The notes beneath the pieces are model-generated. The model was not told where the DNA came from, ran no database searches, and saw nothing but the letters and a program-made list of their open reading frames with translations. A DNA stretch of 64,000 bases from an uncultured Planctomycetaceae bacterium (lineage in GTDB: Bacteria > Planctomycetota > Planctomycetia > Isosphaerales > Isosphaeraceae), in assembly GCA_963833985.1 (NCBI GenBank), contig CAWIAD010000002.1, positions 5,664,001 through 5,728,000 of the forward strand, written 5' to 3'. Made by a program: the position numbers and the translations under genes. Numbering within the stretch: the first letter of the stretch is position 1; each line of letters opens with the position of its first letter. Shown in pieces: positions 53,212 to 62,742 of the stretch.

Positions 53212-53550
53212 ATGGCAGCGATCCGAATGGCATTTCTGTTGGTTCCCGCCCTTTCCCTATCGATTGCTCAACAAGCCTCCGCAGAAGAAAGCTCCCCTGC
53301 AGGGAAAAACTATGTGAAATGGTCACCAGGCTCGACATTTGCTGTTAAGATGCACTTTAATGAAGACTTTTCGTTTGATTACTCTGATAGCAATGGATAC
53401 GAATTCAAAGGCTTCTGGGGCCTGACAGACTCTGGCACTACACTTTACACGAAGAACACTCCCTACAAGCCACCTATTTTCTTTAAAGGATTCAACCCCG
53501 TCGGGCGTAGTGTAGACCAACTTGGTAACTTGTTAGATTATCAAAAGTAA
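53212..53550 (+). CDS. Low-GC secreted hypothetical protein
   Basis: GGAG RBS, signal peptide (AQQASA), AT-rich codons. Confidence 0.55.
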   Translation: MAAIRMAFLLVPALSLSIAQQASAEESSPAGKNYVKWSPGSTFAVKMHFNEDFSFDYSDSNGYEFKGFWGLTDSGTTLYTKNTPYKPPIFFKGFNPVGRSVDQLGNLLDYQK

Positions 53551-53814
53551 CGATGGCTTGAGACACGAAATAATTTGCCTATTTCCACGGAAGGCCTGAA
53601 GGGGTCGTTGCTTTTCTCCGACGACAACTTGGCAATCTGGGATAGACGCTGTGATCATGCTTTCTCTTGAATTTATGCCTGGCTCGGGACTGCCGTCCCC
53701 CTGGTCGGAGGCCATATTCCAGGCCTGGCAGCCTGCGGTCCCGGCGCTCCAGGCGTCGGCGCCGTAAGGGCGGCTCTGCGCACCCAACTTCGAGTTCTCC
53801 CGCTCCCGCTCCCG

Positions 53815-54010
53815 CTTCGTGCTTCCCGAGCTCTTCTTGACCACGCTTGTCATGGTGTTGCGGTTGCGGTCGTCGGGGCCGAACCTCCACACGTCGCCCC
53901 TCGAGAGTTGGAGTTCGCCGATCGTGTTGCCCTCTTTATCATAAGCGAACGAGTAGCCGCCGCCGGAACTCGAGTCGTTGTCGGCGTTGTCGCTTCTCGT
54001 GATCAATGAA
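53815..54010 (-). pseudogene. RHS/YD-repeat protein remnant
   Basis: YSFAYDKEGNTIGE...GDVWRFGPDDRNR resembles a YD-repeat unit. Confidence 0.45.
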
Positions 54011-54586
54011 TGAAGAGCCGCGAGCGGACGAGTCACAGAGACCAGATCAGGAGATGCGTCATCGGGACAAGCGCTGAGGGTAAATCCGGCGTCGGCGTTG
54101 GTCAAGTGAATCCTCTGGCACGGTACGCTTTTCTGATCATCGCCGACCCAGCAGAGCTCGGTAGTCCATCTGTCTGGCGGTCATTGGCTCGGTGCGTCGG
54201 CGCTGCGCTGGGCACACTCTGCAATGATCGGACGGAACCGGGCCCTGCGGCGGATGCCGGGGCCGAGAATCGGTGCGTCGACGCTGCGCTCGACACACCC
54301 TACGGGCAATACGATTGTCCCGGCCGCGGGCGCGCCCACGATCGCATCAAGGACCAGGCGTATCCCCATTTTTCGGGACGTAGCCCACCTCGCGCTGCGT
54401 GCAAGCGAATGCCAGCGCAGACGAAGACTCACAGGCGGAGGTAACAAACGTGTCACATCAGAACGTGCGTTGCCCGAACGCACGACGGTCTTAATTCCGC
54501 GAAAAAGAAGGCCAAGAAAGTTTCTGATGATGCCAGTGATTTTCTTGAAAGGTACCAGACCCTGCGCGGTCGCGGTGGTGCAGCCG

Positions 54587-54730
54587 GAGCGGTTTTCACT
54601 CGGATCGCAGACTGAGACCGGGGGGCAGGCATTCCTGCCTGCCGGAGCAGGCCTGCCCTGGCAGACAGGAATGTCTGCCTCCCTTTCCAAGAATCAGTAG
54701 CTGCCTGCAACCGTCAGAAAACCGCCCTTA
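54587..54730. mobile_element. MITE-like element, long copy containing an inverted REP pair
   Basis: GAGCGGTTTTCACTCGGATCGCAGACTG...CCGTCAGAAAACCGCCCT shared with 61263-61342; internal palindromes at 54624-54643 and 54660-54679. Confidence 0.7.
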
Positions 54731-55102
54731 CCTCTTTCGGATCAATCGCTTTCATGTCACCTGATTCGTTCGGAGAACAGCTGAAAAAACTTATCGAACT
54801 GACCGGCCACGCTCGCCTGTGAAGTTTCTGACCCTGCTAGGATCGGGGAACGACACGACCGAGGAGATAGGCTGACGCTTCGGCGTGGGCCGAGGCCTGT
54901 TCCCCATTTCTTTGAGGACTTCCGGCCGTTCTCCTCCAGCAGCCTGGCGGCGTTGAGGCCGCTGCCCTGGAAGGTGCGGCTGCCGAAATCGTGGACGAAC
55001 CGGTCCTGTGCCACGGCCAGCGAGAACCCCGCGCGGCGGGCACGCTCGCACGGGTCACAATGATCGATGCGCTGGCCGCCATGAAACCCTCTACGGCCTA
55101 CG

Positions 55103-55320
55103 GCCTACTCTTGACAGGCAAGAATGCCTGTCCTCCTTCCGCATCACTGCCTACTGCACACTGCTTACTGCCGCCCTGGTGGGTCTCGCCTGCGGCTCGA
55201 CCCACCCTACAAACTCCTTCCGCATCACTGCCTACTGCACACGGCTTACTGCCCCCCTGGTGGGCCTCGCCTGCGGCTCGACCCACCCTACAAACTGCCT
55301 ACTGCCTACTGCCTACTGCC
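55103..55320. repeat. Composite REP cluster: one 33-nt REP, two 81-bp tandem units with GTAG-type REPs, and a CTGCCTA heptamer run
   Basis: Units 55133-55213 and 55214-55294; minus strand GTAGGGTGGGTCGAGCCGCAGGCGAG(A/G)CCCACC. Confidence 0.9.
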
Positions 55321-57948
55321 TTCCATGAGAAACGCCACCAGATCGCGGAACTCCTGCGCAGTCAGGCTCTCGGCGACGTTGTCGGGCATGATGGAAACGT
55401 TCTGCGGCTTGCGTTCCTCGATGTCGGCGCGGGGCAGTTCAATCACACGGCCGTCGGCGTCGGCGAAGGAGAGCTTGCCCTCGGGCGACTCGCCGACCAG
55501 AACGCCGTTGAAAACCGTCCCATCGGTGCGGGCCACCGACCAGGCCACGAACTGGGGAGCGATCTCCAGGCTAGGCTGGAGGATGGACTGCACCAGCCTG
55601 CGGCGGTCCATGCCCTTGGCCAGGCGGGTCAGGTCGGGCCCCACGCGCCCGCCACGGCCACCGACCTCGTGGCAGCGGTAGCAGCCAGGCCCCTTCGAAT
55701 GAAAGAAGACCCGCTCGCCGGCGTTTGCGTCGGCGGGTCCTTCCAGGCGCGCCAGCCAGGCATCGAGCTCCGTCCTGGCGGGGACGCTGGGGCCGGCGGC
55801 GGGCGAGGGCGAGGGCGAGGCGGCCGTCTTCGTGGGATGGATGCTCAGCATCTGCGCCTTCAGGAGTGCCTGGGACTCCTCATCACCGCGGCAGGACCGG
55901 GCAACGGCCGCACGCTCGGAGTCGCCCAGCGCCACACCGCGGAGAGCGCGCAGCGCCTCGTGCCGCAACCCCGGCTGACCGGAGGACGCCAGGGCCAGCA
56001 GCCGCGCGCGGTGAGTCGGCGCATCATCGGCCAGGCCCGCCACGGCCCAGGCGCGCAGGTTGGCCGGCGCGCTGGGATCGTCCGCGACAGTGCCAAGCAG
56101 ATCGAACCGCTCGCGCAGCGCGCTGGCGCTCAGGGTGCGCACGGCCTCGAGCCGGATCGCCTCGTCGCCGGACGCAAGGAACTGCCGGATCCGCCGGGCA
56201 TTCAGGACGGGATGATCGGGACGGATCAACCGCAGCCCGCGGCGGATCGCAGTGCCGGGAGTTCTGGGATCCTGAAGCAGACCGGCGATATAATCGTCGC
56301 CCGAGGACTCGTCGAGCGGCAAGTGCCTGCGGTCGTCGAGCATCTCCAGGGCCGCGAGGGTGCCCTCGAAGGTCTCGCGCGTCGTGTCCCTGGCCGAAAG
56401 ACTGGCAAGCAGTTGCGGACGGAGGTCCTTGAGGCGATGCTCGCCGATCCACTGGATGGCGGCGAAGCGGATCGATGGCTCGGGGTCCTCCAGCAGCTTC
56501 GGCACCAGCGCGGTGGCCTCGGGCCGGCCCGACTCCCTGAGGATGATCACCGCGCCCAGGCGGTGAGACGCAACCGGATCAGCGGCCAGCTCCAGGAGCC
56601 CCGCGAACGGGAGCGACCGCTTCAGTCCCTCGCGAGCGGCCTGCTGGAGGAACGGATCGTCGCTCTCCAGCGCCTTGATCAGCTCGGCCTTCTTCTCCGG
56701 ATCGGAGGTATGCCGCAGGGTACCGGCGGCAGCCAGAGCCGCCGGATTTCCTGTTCCGTCATGCACCTCTGGTGCACTGGTGCCCGTCTTGCCGCGACGG
56801 CTCAGCCGCCAGATACGACCCTTGCCGTGCAGCTCGTAGGACTTATCCACCCAGTCACTGAAGTAGAGAGTGCCATCGGGTGCGAGGGCAATGCCGACGG
56901 GCCGAAAATCCTCTCCGCCCACGACAGCCGGCTCCATCACCGCGCGAAACGAGGCTCCGCGCGGTTCCAGACGGTAGCGTTCAATCCGGTGGTCTCCCCA
57001 CGATGTGACCAGCAACTGACCCCGATAATCGCCAGGGAGGTTATTCGCCTCGTACGCGAGCACGCCGCAGGGCGCCTCGCCGGTGCCGGCCACCATGGGC
57101 AAGGTGCCGGGCAGCTCGCCGTTCCAGGCCGTGAACGGGTGCACGCCCTTGCGGCCGTTGCGGAAGCGGTAGCCGTAATCGCCCCCTTCCACGATGTGCA
57201 AGAGCCGGCAGGGAGGGCGCGAGTCCGGGTCGTTGTCCACGACGAACAGGTTGCCGTAGCGGTCGAAGGCCTGGCCGAAGGGGTTCCAGAAGCCGGTGGC
57301 GATGCGCTCCAGCTTCGAGCCGTCGAGCCGGCAGCGATAGACGTTGCCTCCCTCGCCGCCGCCAGAGAGCGTGGTACCATCGCTGCCGGTGAGCCGGTAC
57401 GTCGCGCCGAGGTTTTCGCCGAGCCCGAAATAGACATTCCCGGACCCATCGAACGCAAAGCCGGAGAGCCCGTTGTGCGGGTAATCGCCCGCAGTCTCGA
57501 GCCGGACAAACGGGGTCGGCATGCGTGCGGCCGACACGTCATCGGCCCGGCCGTCGCCGTTGCGATCAGTCAGCTTGTAGAGCGCCGCGCGGGTTGCGAC
57601 GAAGAGCGTGCCGTCCTGCGCGAAGGCCAGGCTCATCGTCATGCGCGTTCCTTCAAAAAACAGGCTCTCGCGTTCATAGCGGCCGTCACCGTCCGCGTCC
57701 TCGAAGATCTTGATGCGGTCGGCGGGCGGCCCCGCATAATTCTTTGGCCGGAAGTGCGTGTGGCTCTCGATGACAAAGAGCCGGCCCCGCCCATCGACCG
57801 CCAGGCCCGTGGGCGTGACGATCCGCGGCTCCTTCGCGACCAACTCGAACACCAGGCGGTCATCCACGGGTCGAGGAGCGGACGCGACGGTCGGATTGCC
57901 CCCGGCCTGGGCCAGCAGGGCGACCATCCAGACGGCGGGACCAAGCAT
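55306..57948 (-). CDS. PVC-type membrane-bound dehydrogenase-domain / heme-binding CxxCH protein
   Basis: Beta-propeller (ATGFWNPFG, FRPVGIALAPDG), HEAT-like repeats, CYRCH...VGPDLT, SIMP. Confidence 0.93.
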   Translation of the reverse strand: MLGPAVWMVALLAQAGGNPTVASAPRPVDDRLVFELVAKEPRIVTPTGLAVDGRGRLFVIESHTHFRPKNYAGPPADRIKIFEDADGDGRYERESLFFEGTRMTMSLAFAQDGTLFVATRAALYKLTDRNGDGRADDVSAARMPTPFVRLETAGDYPHNGLSGFAFDGSGNVYFGLGENLGATYRLTGSDGTTLSGGGEGGNVYRCRLDGSKLERIATGFWNPFGQAFDRYGNLFVVDNDPDSRPPCRLLHIVEGGDYGYRFRNGRKGVHPFTAWNGELPGTLPMVAGTGEAPCGVLAYEANNLPGDYRGQLLVTSWGDHRIERYRLEPRGASFRAVMEPAVVGGEDFRPVGIALAPDGTLYFSDWVDKSYELHGKGRIWRLSRRGKTGTSAPEVHDGTGNPAALAAAGTLRHTSDPEKKAELIKALESDDPFLQQAAREGLKRSLPFAGLLELAADPVASHRLGAVIILRESGRPEATALVPKLLEDPEPSIRFAAIQWIGEHRLKDLRPQLLASLSARDTTRETFEGTLAALEMLDDRRHLPLDESSGDDYIAGLLQDPRTPGTAIRRGLRLIRPDHPVLNARRIRQFLASGDEAIRLEAVRTLSASALRERFDLLGTVADDPSAPANLRAWAVAGLADDAPTHRARLLALASSGQPGLRHEALRALRGVALGDSERAAVARSCRGDEESQALLKAQMLSIHPTKTAASPSPSPAAGPSVPARTELDAWLARLEGPADANAGERVFFHSKGPGCYRCHEVGGRGGRVGPDLTRLAKGMDRRRLVQSILQPSLEIAPQFVAWSVARTDGTVFNGVLVGESPEGKLSFADADGRVIELPRADIEERKPQNVSIMPDNVAESLTAQEFRDLVAFLMEGSRQ

Positions 57949-58312
57949 GCTGCGGCTCCGAGATCATCTCACGAAGACATAGGTTGATGAGCCGGCCTGA
58001 CTTCCAGATCCGGCATGATTCTCGGAGTATATCGGCTCTGGATCGGACCTGCCAGGCAAGCCATCAGGGCCGGCACCTCATCGCACCAGCCATCGGCCGC
58101 CCGGTTCCTTAGCATCAACATAGTTGTCTTTCTGAAAAGATCAGCCCCAGCCAGATCAGACTGATCAACGCCGACAGGCCTCCGAAATGAGCCCAGGGGA
58201 ACCTTGGTGAAATTTTTCAAGAAGTTTTTCTTCCCGCGATGGGCACACCGATCTACAATAGCAAGTGCCGCAACCCTAGGTCCGCACGGGAGATGACGAC
58301 AGGAAGGCGAGG

Positions 58313-58909
58313 TTGACCGTGGCCGTACAGATCAAGGAACCAAAGTCACCGAAGCAGCAGAATCGGCCTGCGAAGCCGGCAAAACACGCTCCCGCCGCCA
58401 AGGCGTCGCCTGCGACGCTTGCAGGTGCCCTGCCATCTCCTACGAAACCAGCGGCCCCGAAGTCTGTTCGTTTCGGGGTTTCACCGAGGGAGCGTAAGCC
58501 ACAGAGCGCCAGAGTGGTCAAGCCCTCTCGGCTTGAGGGCAAAACTAGGAGGCATACGAAAGCAGTGGCTGCGAATATTCTCGAGGGCCCCACCGTGGTC
58601 GCCACGATCCGATCCAAGCTCGGATTGACTCAAGAGCTTTTCGCGCGGCTGCTCGGGGTGACACCGCGCTCGGTATCAAGCTGGGAAGGGGGTAGCGAGA
58701 TCAATGATACTTCGCTACGGAGGATTAAGGAGATGGATCGTCTAGCGGAGGAGCTCGGAAAATCGATGAGGCCCGATTTCATCCCCGTTTGGCTCGTATC
58801 GCCCAACGAAGGGCTAGGCGGCATTAGCCCCATGGAAGCGATGGAACGTGGAGAGAGTGACCGCGTTTGGAGATCGGTTTTTCTCCTCGGATCCGGCATC
58901 CCGCTCTAA
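58313..58909 (+). CDS. XRE HTH + MbcA/ParS/Xre-type antitoxin
   Basis: LGLTQELFARLLGVTPRSVSSWE HTH; WLVSPNEGLGGISPME toxin-binding motif. Confidence 0.8.
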   Translation: MTVAVQIKEPKSPKQQNRPAKPAKHAPAAKASPATLAGALPSPTKPAAPKSVRFGVSPRERKPQSARVVKPSRLEGKTRRHTKAVAANILEGPTVVATIRSKLGLTQELFARLLGVTPRSVSSWEGGSEINDTSLRRIKEMDRLAEELGKSMRPDFIPVWLVSPNEGLGGISPMEAMERGESDRVWRSVFLLGSGIPL

Positions 58910-59161
58910 GCATCTGGCCGTAGTTTGCCTGCTGTCGAGCAAGGCCGTATCATGAAGTATGATTCTTATCGTCCTTCGCCAGGAATTACGGCCCCGTGGC
59001 CGCGACTCCCTGGAGAGGGTTCTGCTCGATTCGGTGGCTTGTACGCCAACATGCATTGCCGTCCACCATCTTCGACACGGCTACGCAAGCCCGCCAAGCC
59101 GGGTATCTGCCCGCGAAGCATGACCATAACAGGAGCTGATCTGGTGCGGGAGGTGGACCCG

Positions 59162-59407
59162 ATGATCGTGGTTGAAGTATACGACCTGGATGCCACCGCC
59201 GACGAGGGCGCCGCTGTGCGTGCTCTGCAGGAAGCCAAGGGCCTGGAAGACCATCACGCGAAGCAGCATTTCGGCCTGCTCTACTGGCACAAGCGGCCGT
59301 TTTCGATCGAGTTTGACTCGGCAGAGGCGGCGGCCCAATTTGTTGAGCGGCTCCGAACCTGCGGATACCACGCTCGACCGGTTTCTCACGGCCAAGACTC
59401 CTCCTGA
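59162..59407 (+). CDS. Small hypothetical protein
   Basis: GGAGG RBS; 81-aa ORF with protein-like composition. Confidence 0.45.
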   Translation: MIVVEVYDLDATADEGAAVRALQEAKGLEDHHAKQHFGLLYWHKRPFSIEFDSAEAAAQFVERLRTCGYHARPVSHGQDSS

Positions 59408-59880
59408 CTGTTCGACGCCATCGTTGGCTATTTCTGCTCTAACACGCTTGAGGGGACAACTGCACTTCTCCCCCGGGCATGGTCTCAGATCAAAAAGTGG
59501 AAAGAAACCGCGGCGAGTCGCTTAGACGTCAGAGAGTCCGATCGCCGAATCGCTACGGGGTGCTACGGTAAGTCCTCCATGGAACCGTGCACTCCGCGCC
59601 AATTTGCAAGACTCTGATGGGATTCACCCACCCTTCATCCTCCGCGACCGGGTGCCACATCTTTGGCTTACTGGAGTCATCGACGACCAGCTCGCCCCAG
59701 TGAGGCGTTCGACGGCGTTGTCGTCCAGAATGAAGTGAGACGGGCAACCCGAGCAGGTCGTTCCGTCGCTCCAGGGGCTGTGCTAAGCTGATGTAAAGAA
59801 CCGTTCCGGCGGCACTGTTCCGGATGAGCGCCGGGCATCACCAGATCAACTTTGGCGATCTGACCGAGAGGAAGCATCTC

Positions 59881-61209
59881 ATGCAAGTGGGTCGTGGCAG
59901 CCTGTCTCGCCGTGGGTTCATTGACCGGTCCGTGGCCACCCTCACGCTCGGCGTCGGGCTGCCACTCTGGTACGCCCGGGAGATCGTCGCGGGCCAGGAA
60001 GAGAAGCAAGCGTCGGTACGCAAGGCAAGCCGGCGCGGCCCGAACGACCAGATCGTCATGGCGGCCATCGGCGTCGGCGGGCAGGGCACCGGTATCATGA
60101 AATGGGCCAAGGGCAAGCCGGGCGTCAAGTTCGTGGCCGTGTGCGACGTCGACTCGGAACGCCGCCAGAAAGCGGCCGACGTGATCGGCAAGGACTGCCA
60201 CCAGTACGCCGATTTCCGACAGCTGCTTGACGGTGAGAAGATCGACGCGGTGACGATCGGCACGGTCGATCACTGGCACGCCCTCACCTCCATTGCGGCC
60301 ATGAAGCACGGCTGCGACGTCTACTGCGAGAAGCCGCTGTCGCTCACCGTCGAAGAGGGTAAGGCCATGGTCAAGGCCGCGCGGAAGTACGACCGCGTCT
60401 TCCAGACCGGCAGCATGCAGCGCTCCGATGCCCGCTACCGCCTGGCCTGCGAGCTGGTCCGCAACGGCCGGATCGGCAAGGTGCACACCGTCGAGGCGCG
60501 GATCGGCGACAACCCCGTGGGCGGTCCGTTTCGCGAGAGCCCCGCTCCCAAGGAGCTGGACTGGAACTTCTGGAAAGGCCCCACCGCCGACGTGCCCTAT
60601 GTCAAGGAAAGATGCCATTATGAGTTCCGCTGGTGGTACGAGTATTCCGGCGGCAAGATGACGGACTGGGGCGCGCACCACAACGACATCGCCCAGTGGG
60701 GCCTGGGCATGGACCATTCCGGTCCGATCTCGGTGACCGCAACGGGCGTTAGCCCCTCGCACCGACCCAACTCGTACAACTGCCATCCGCACTTCGCGGT
60801 GACCTACGAGTACGAGAACGGCGTGCGGCTGGTGACCACCAGCGACGGTGAGAACGGCAACCGCTTCATCGGCGACAAGGGCTGGATCTTCGTCAATCGC
60901 GAGCGGATCGAAGCCAGCGACCCCAAGCTGATCGACGAGCCCCTGTCCGGCAACGCCCACCGGCTCTATGCATCGAACGATCACATGGGCAACTTCTTTG
61001 ACTGCATCCAGAGCCGCAAGAAGTGTATCTGCGACGTCGAGGTCGGCTACCGCTCGGTCACCGTCTGCCACATCGGCGCAATCGCACTGCGTCTGGGCAT
61101 CCCGCTCTACTGGAACCCGCGCGCCGAGCACTTCGTGGGCCCCCGGGCCGACAAGGGCAACGCCATGCTCTCTCGCGAGATGCGCTCGCCGTGGAAGCTG
61201 GAGGTCTGA
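59881..61209 (+). CDS. Gfo/Idh/MocA oxidoreductase with Tat signal
   Basis: SRRGF twin-arginine, IGVGGQG, DVYCEKPLS, DWGAHHND. Confidence 0.95.
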   Translation: MQVGRGSLSRRGFIDRSVATLTLGVGLPLWYAREIVAGQEEKQASVRKASRRGPNDQIVMAAIGVGGQGTGIMKWAKGKPGVKFVAVCDVDSERRQKAADVIGKDCHQYADFRQLLDGEKIDAVTIGTVDHWHALTSIAAMKHGCDVYCEKPLSLTVEEGKAMVKAARKYDRVFQTGSMQRSDARYRLACELVRNGRIGKVHTVEARIGDNPVGGPFRESPAPKELDWNFWKGPTADVPYVKERCHYEFRWWYEYSGGKMTDWGAHHNDIAQWGLGMDHSGPISVTATGVSPSHRPNSYNCHPHFAVTYEYENGVRLVTTSDGENGNRFIGDKGWIFVNRERIEASDPKLIDEPLSGNAHRLYASNDHMGNFFDCIQSRKKCICDVEVGYRSVTVCHIGAIALRLGIPLYWNPRAEHFVGPRADKGNAMLSREMRSPWKLEV

Positions 61210-61262
61210 TCCGCGCCCGCGACTCGTCGAATTCGATCCGGCAGCGTCCCTGACACGAGAGC

Positions 61263-61342
61263 TAGAGCGGTTTTCACTCGGATCGCAGACTGCCCCCTTT
61301 TCAAAACTCAGAAACTGCCTGCACCGTCAGAAAACCGCCCTA
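61263..61342. mobile_element. MITE-like element, short copy (80 bp)
   Basis: TIR TAGAGCGGTTTTC / GAAAACCGCCCTA (12 of 13 match); lies between convergent genes. Confidence 0.7.
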
Positions 61343-62742
61343 ATCACCCTCGGTGTCAGGGCTGCCGTGCCGGATTGCATCAGTCTCGACCGTACTCGCG
61401 GGATCAACCAGGCTCCAGAGCGCCATGCCGACCAGCGCAACGACCACGAAAATGTAAATACCAGGGTCCCAACGTGCCCGGCCCGTGTAACCCCAACCCT
61501 TCATCATCTCGACGTAGTGGCCGAAAAGGGTTTGCAAGACAGCGGCTCCCAGGTTGCCGATCATGTTCATCAGCCCCATGATCGCTCCCACGTGCTTGCC
61601 GCTGATCTGGGTACCGCATGCCCACCAGGCCGGCAACTGAAGCTGCAATCCAAAGCAGGCAAGGGCGACGAGAATGGCGGACAGCACCGTGTCGCCCGCG
61701 AAAACGCTGGCCAGCAGGCCGAAGGCGGCCAGTCCCGCGCCCAGAACGCTTTGCGCCGTGCGGCTCCAGCGCGGGTTTCCCGTTCTTCGCAGCAAGAAAT
61801 CGGTCAGCCACCCGCCGGCAAAGCAGCCCATCGCCCCCGCGCCCAGAACCATGCCCGCCAGCCAGCTTGACAGGTCAGGGCTTGCGCCCCGGGCCTCTTG
61901 CAAGTAGGTCGGGTACCAGTACGTCATCAGCATGTAAACGCCTGCCATCGCGATCATGGTTGCGCTCAAGAGCCAGACATTCTTGTTGCGGAACACGCTC
62001 GCCCAGGGAATCGGCCCGTGCGCCAGTGAACCGGCGGTGCCCGACCTTCGTGTCAGGTCGCCGTCAGCCGTGATCAGCGAGCGCTCGGCCAGGTTGGTTC
62101 CCGCGTGCTCGGCCGGGTCGTCCCGGAACCAGAGGTAAAACGAAACCGCCCAGGCCAGACCCGCAAGACCGAAGATCGCGAACGTCCAGCGCCAGCCAAA
62201 CACATTGATCAACTTTTGCGCGGCGAGTGGCGACACCGCTCCGCCGATCATCATGGCGGTCGTGATGACGCCCTGCGCCCGGCCCCGGCTCGACTCGGGG
62301 AACCACTCCCTCAGCACGCGCGCGGCATTCGGCAAGCGCCCGCCTCGCCGGCCCCGAACAGGAAACGGACGACCAAGAGCATCGACAGGCCGGTTGCCGC
62401 CCCCGTCAGGGCCGTGAAGCACGACCACCAGACCACGACTCGCGCGAGCACGCCACGCGAGCCGTAGCGGTCGCCCCACCGTCCCGTGGGGATCTCGAAT
62501 ACGGTGTAGGAGATGATGAACGCGTTGAACACCCAGCTCATCCATGCCTCGGATATGCCCAGGTCGCGCTTGATGGCCGTGGCCGACTGGCCGATGCACA
62601 CCCGGTCGAGGTAGAGCACGAAGGTCATTGCGGCCAGGAAGGCGAGCACGCCGTGGCGCACATTCGTGGGCGGCTGAGTCCGTTCTGCCTGCTCGGCAGG
62701 CGCATCGATATCCCGGATCACCTCGGTCGGCAGCTCACTCAT
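61340..62742 (-). CDS. MFS transporter, ACS/sugar-acid type (apparent 1-nt frameshift near 62335)
   Basis: YLDRVCIG, FEIPTGRWGDRYG, FLFGAGEAG join LPNAARVLREWFP...FRDDPAEH. Confidence 0.88.

Noticed and set aside
54991..57987. 998-aa plus-strand ORF and similar long antisense ORFs (e.g. 736..2400, 10083..11561, 21521..22999, 59677..61131)
   Set aside because: Shadow ORFs opposite well-supported genes in high-GC DNA, with no recognisable motifs.
58910..59160. RES toxin downstream of the Xre antitoxin
   Set aside because: No recognisable RES motifs in a continuous frame; at most a short remnant.
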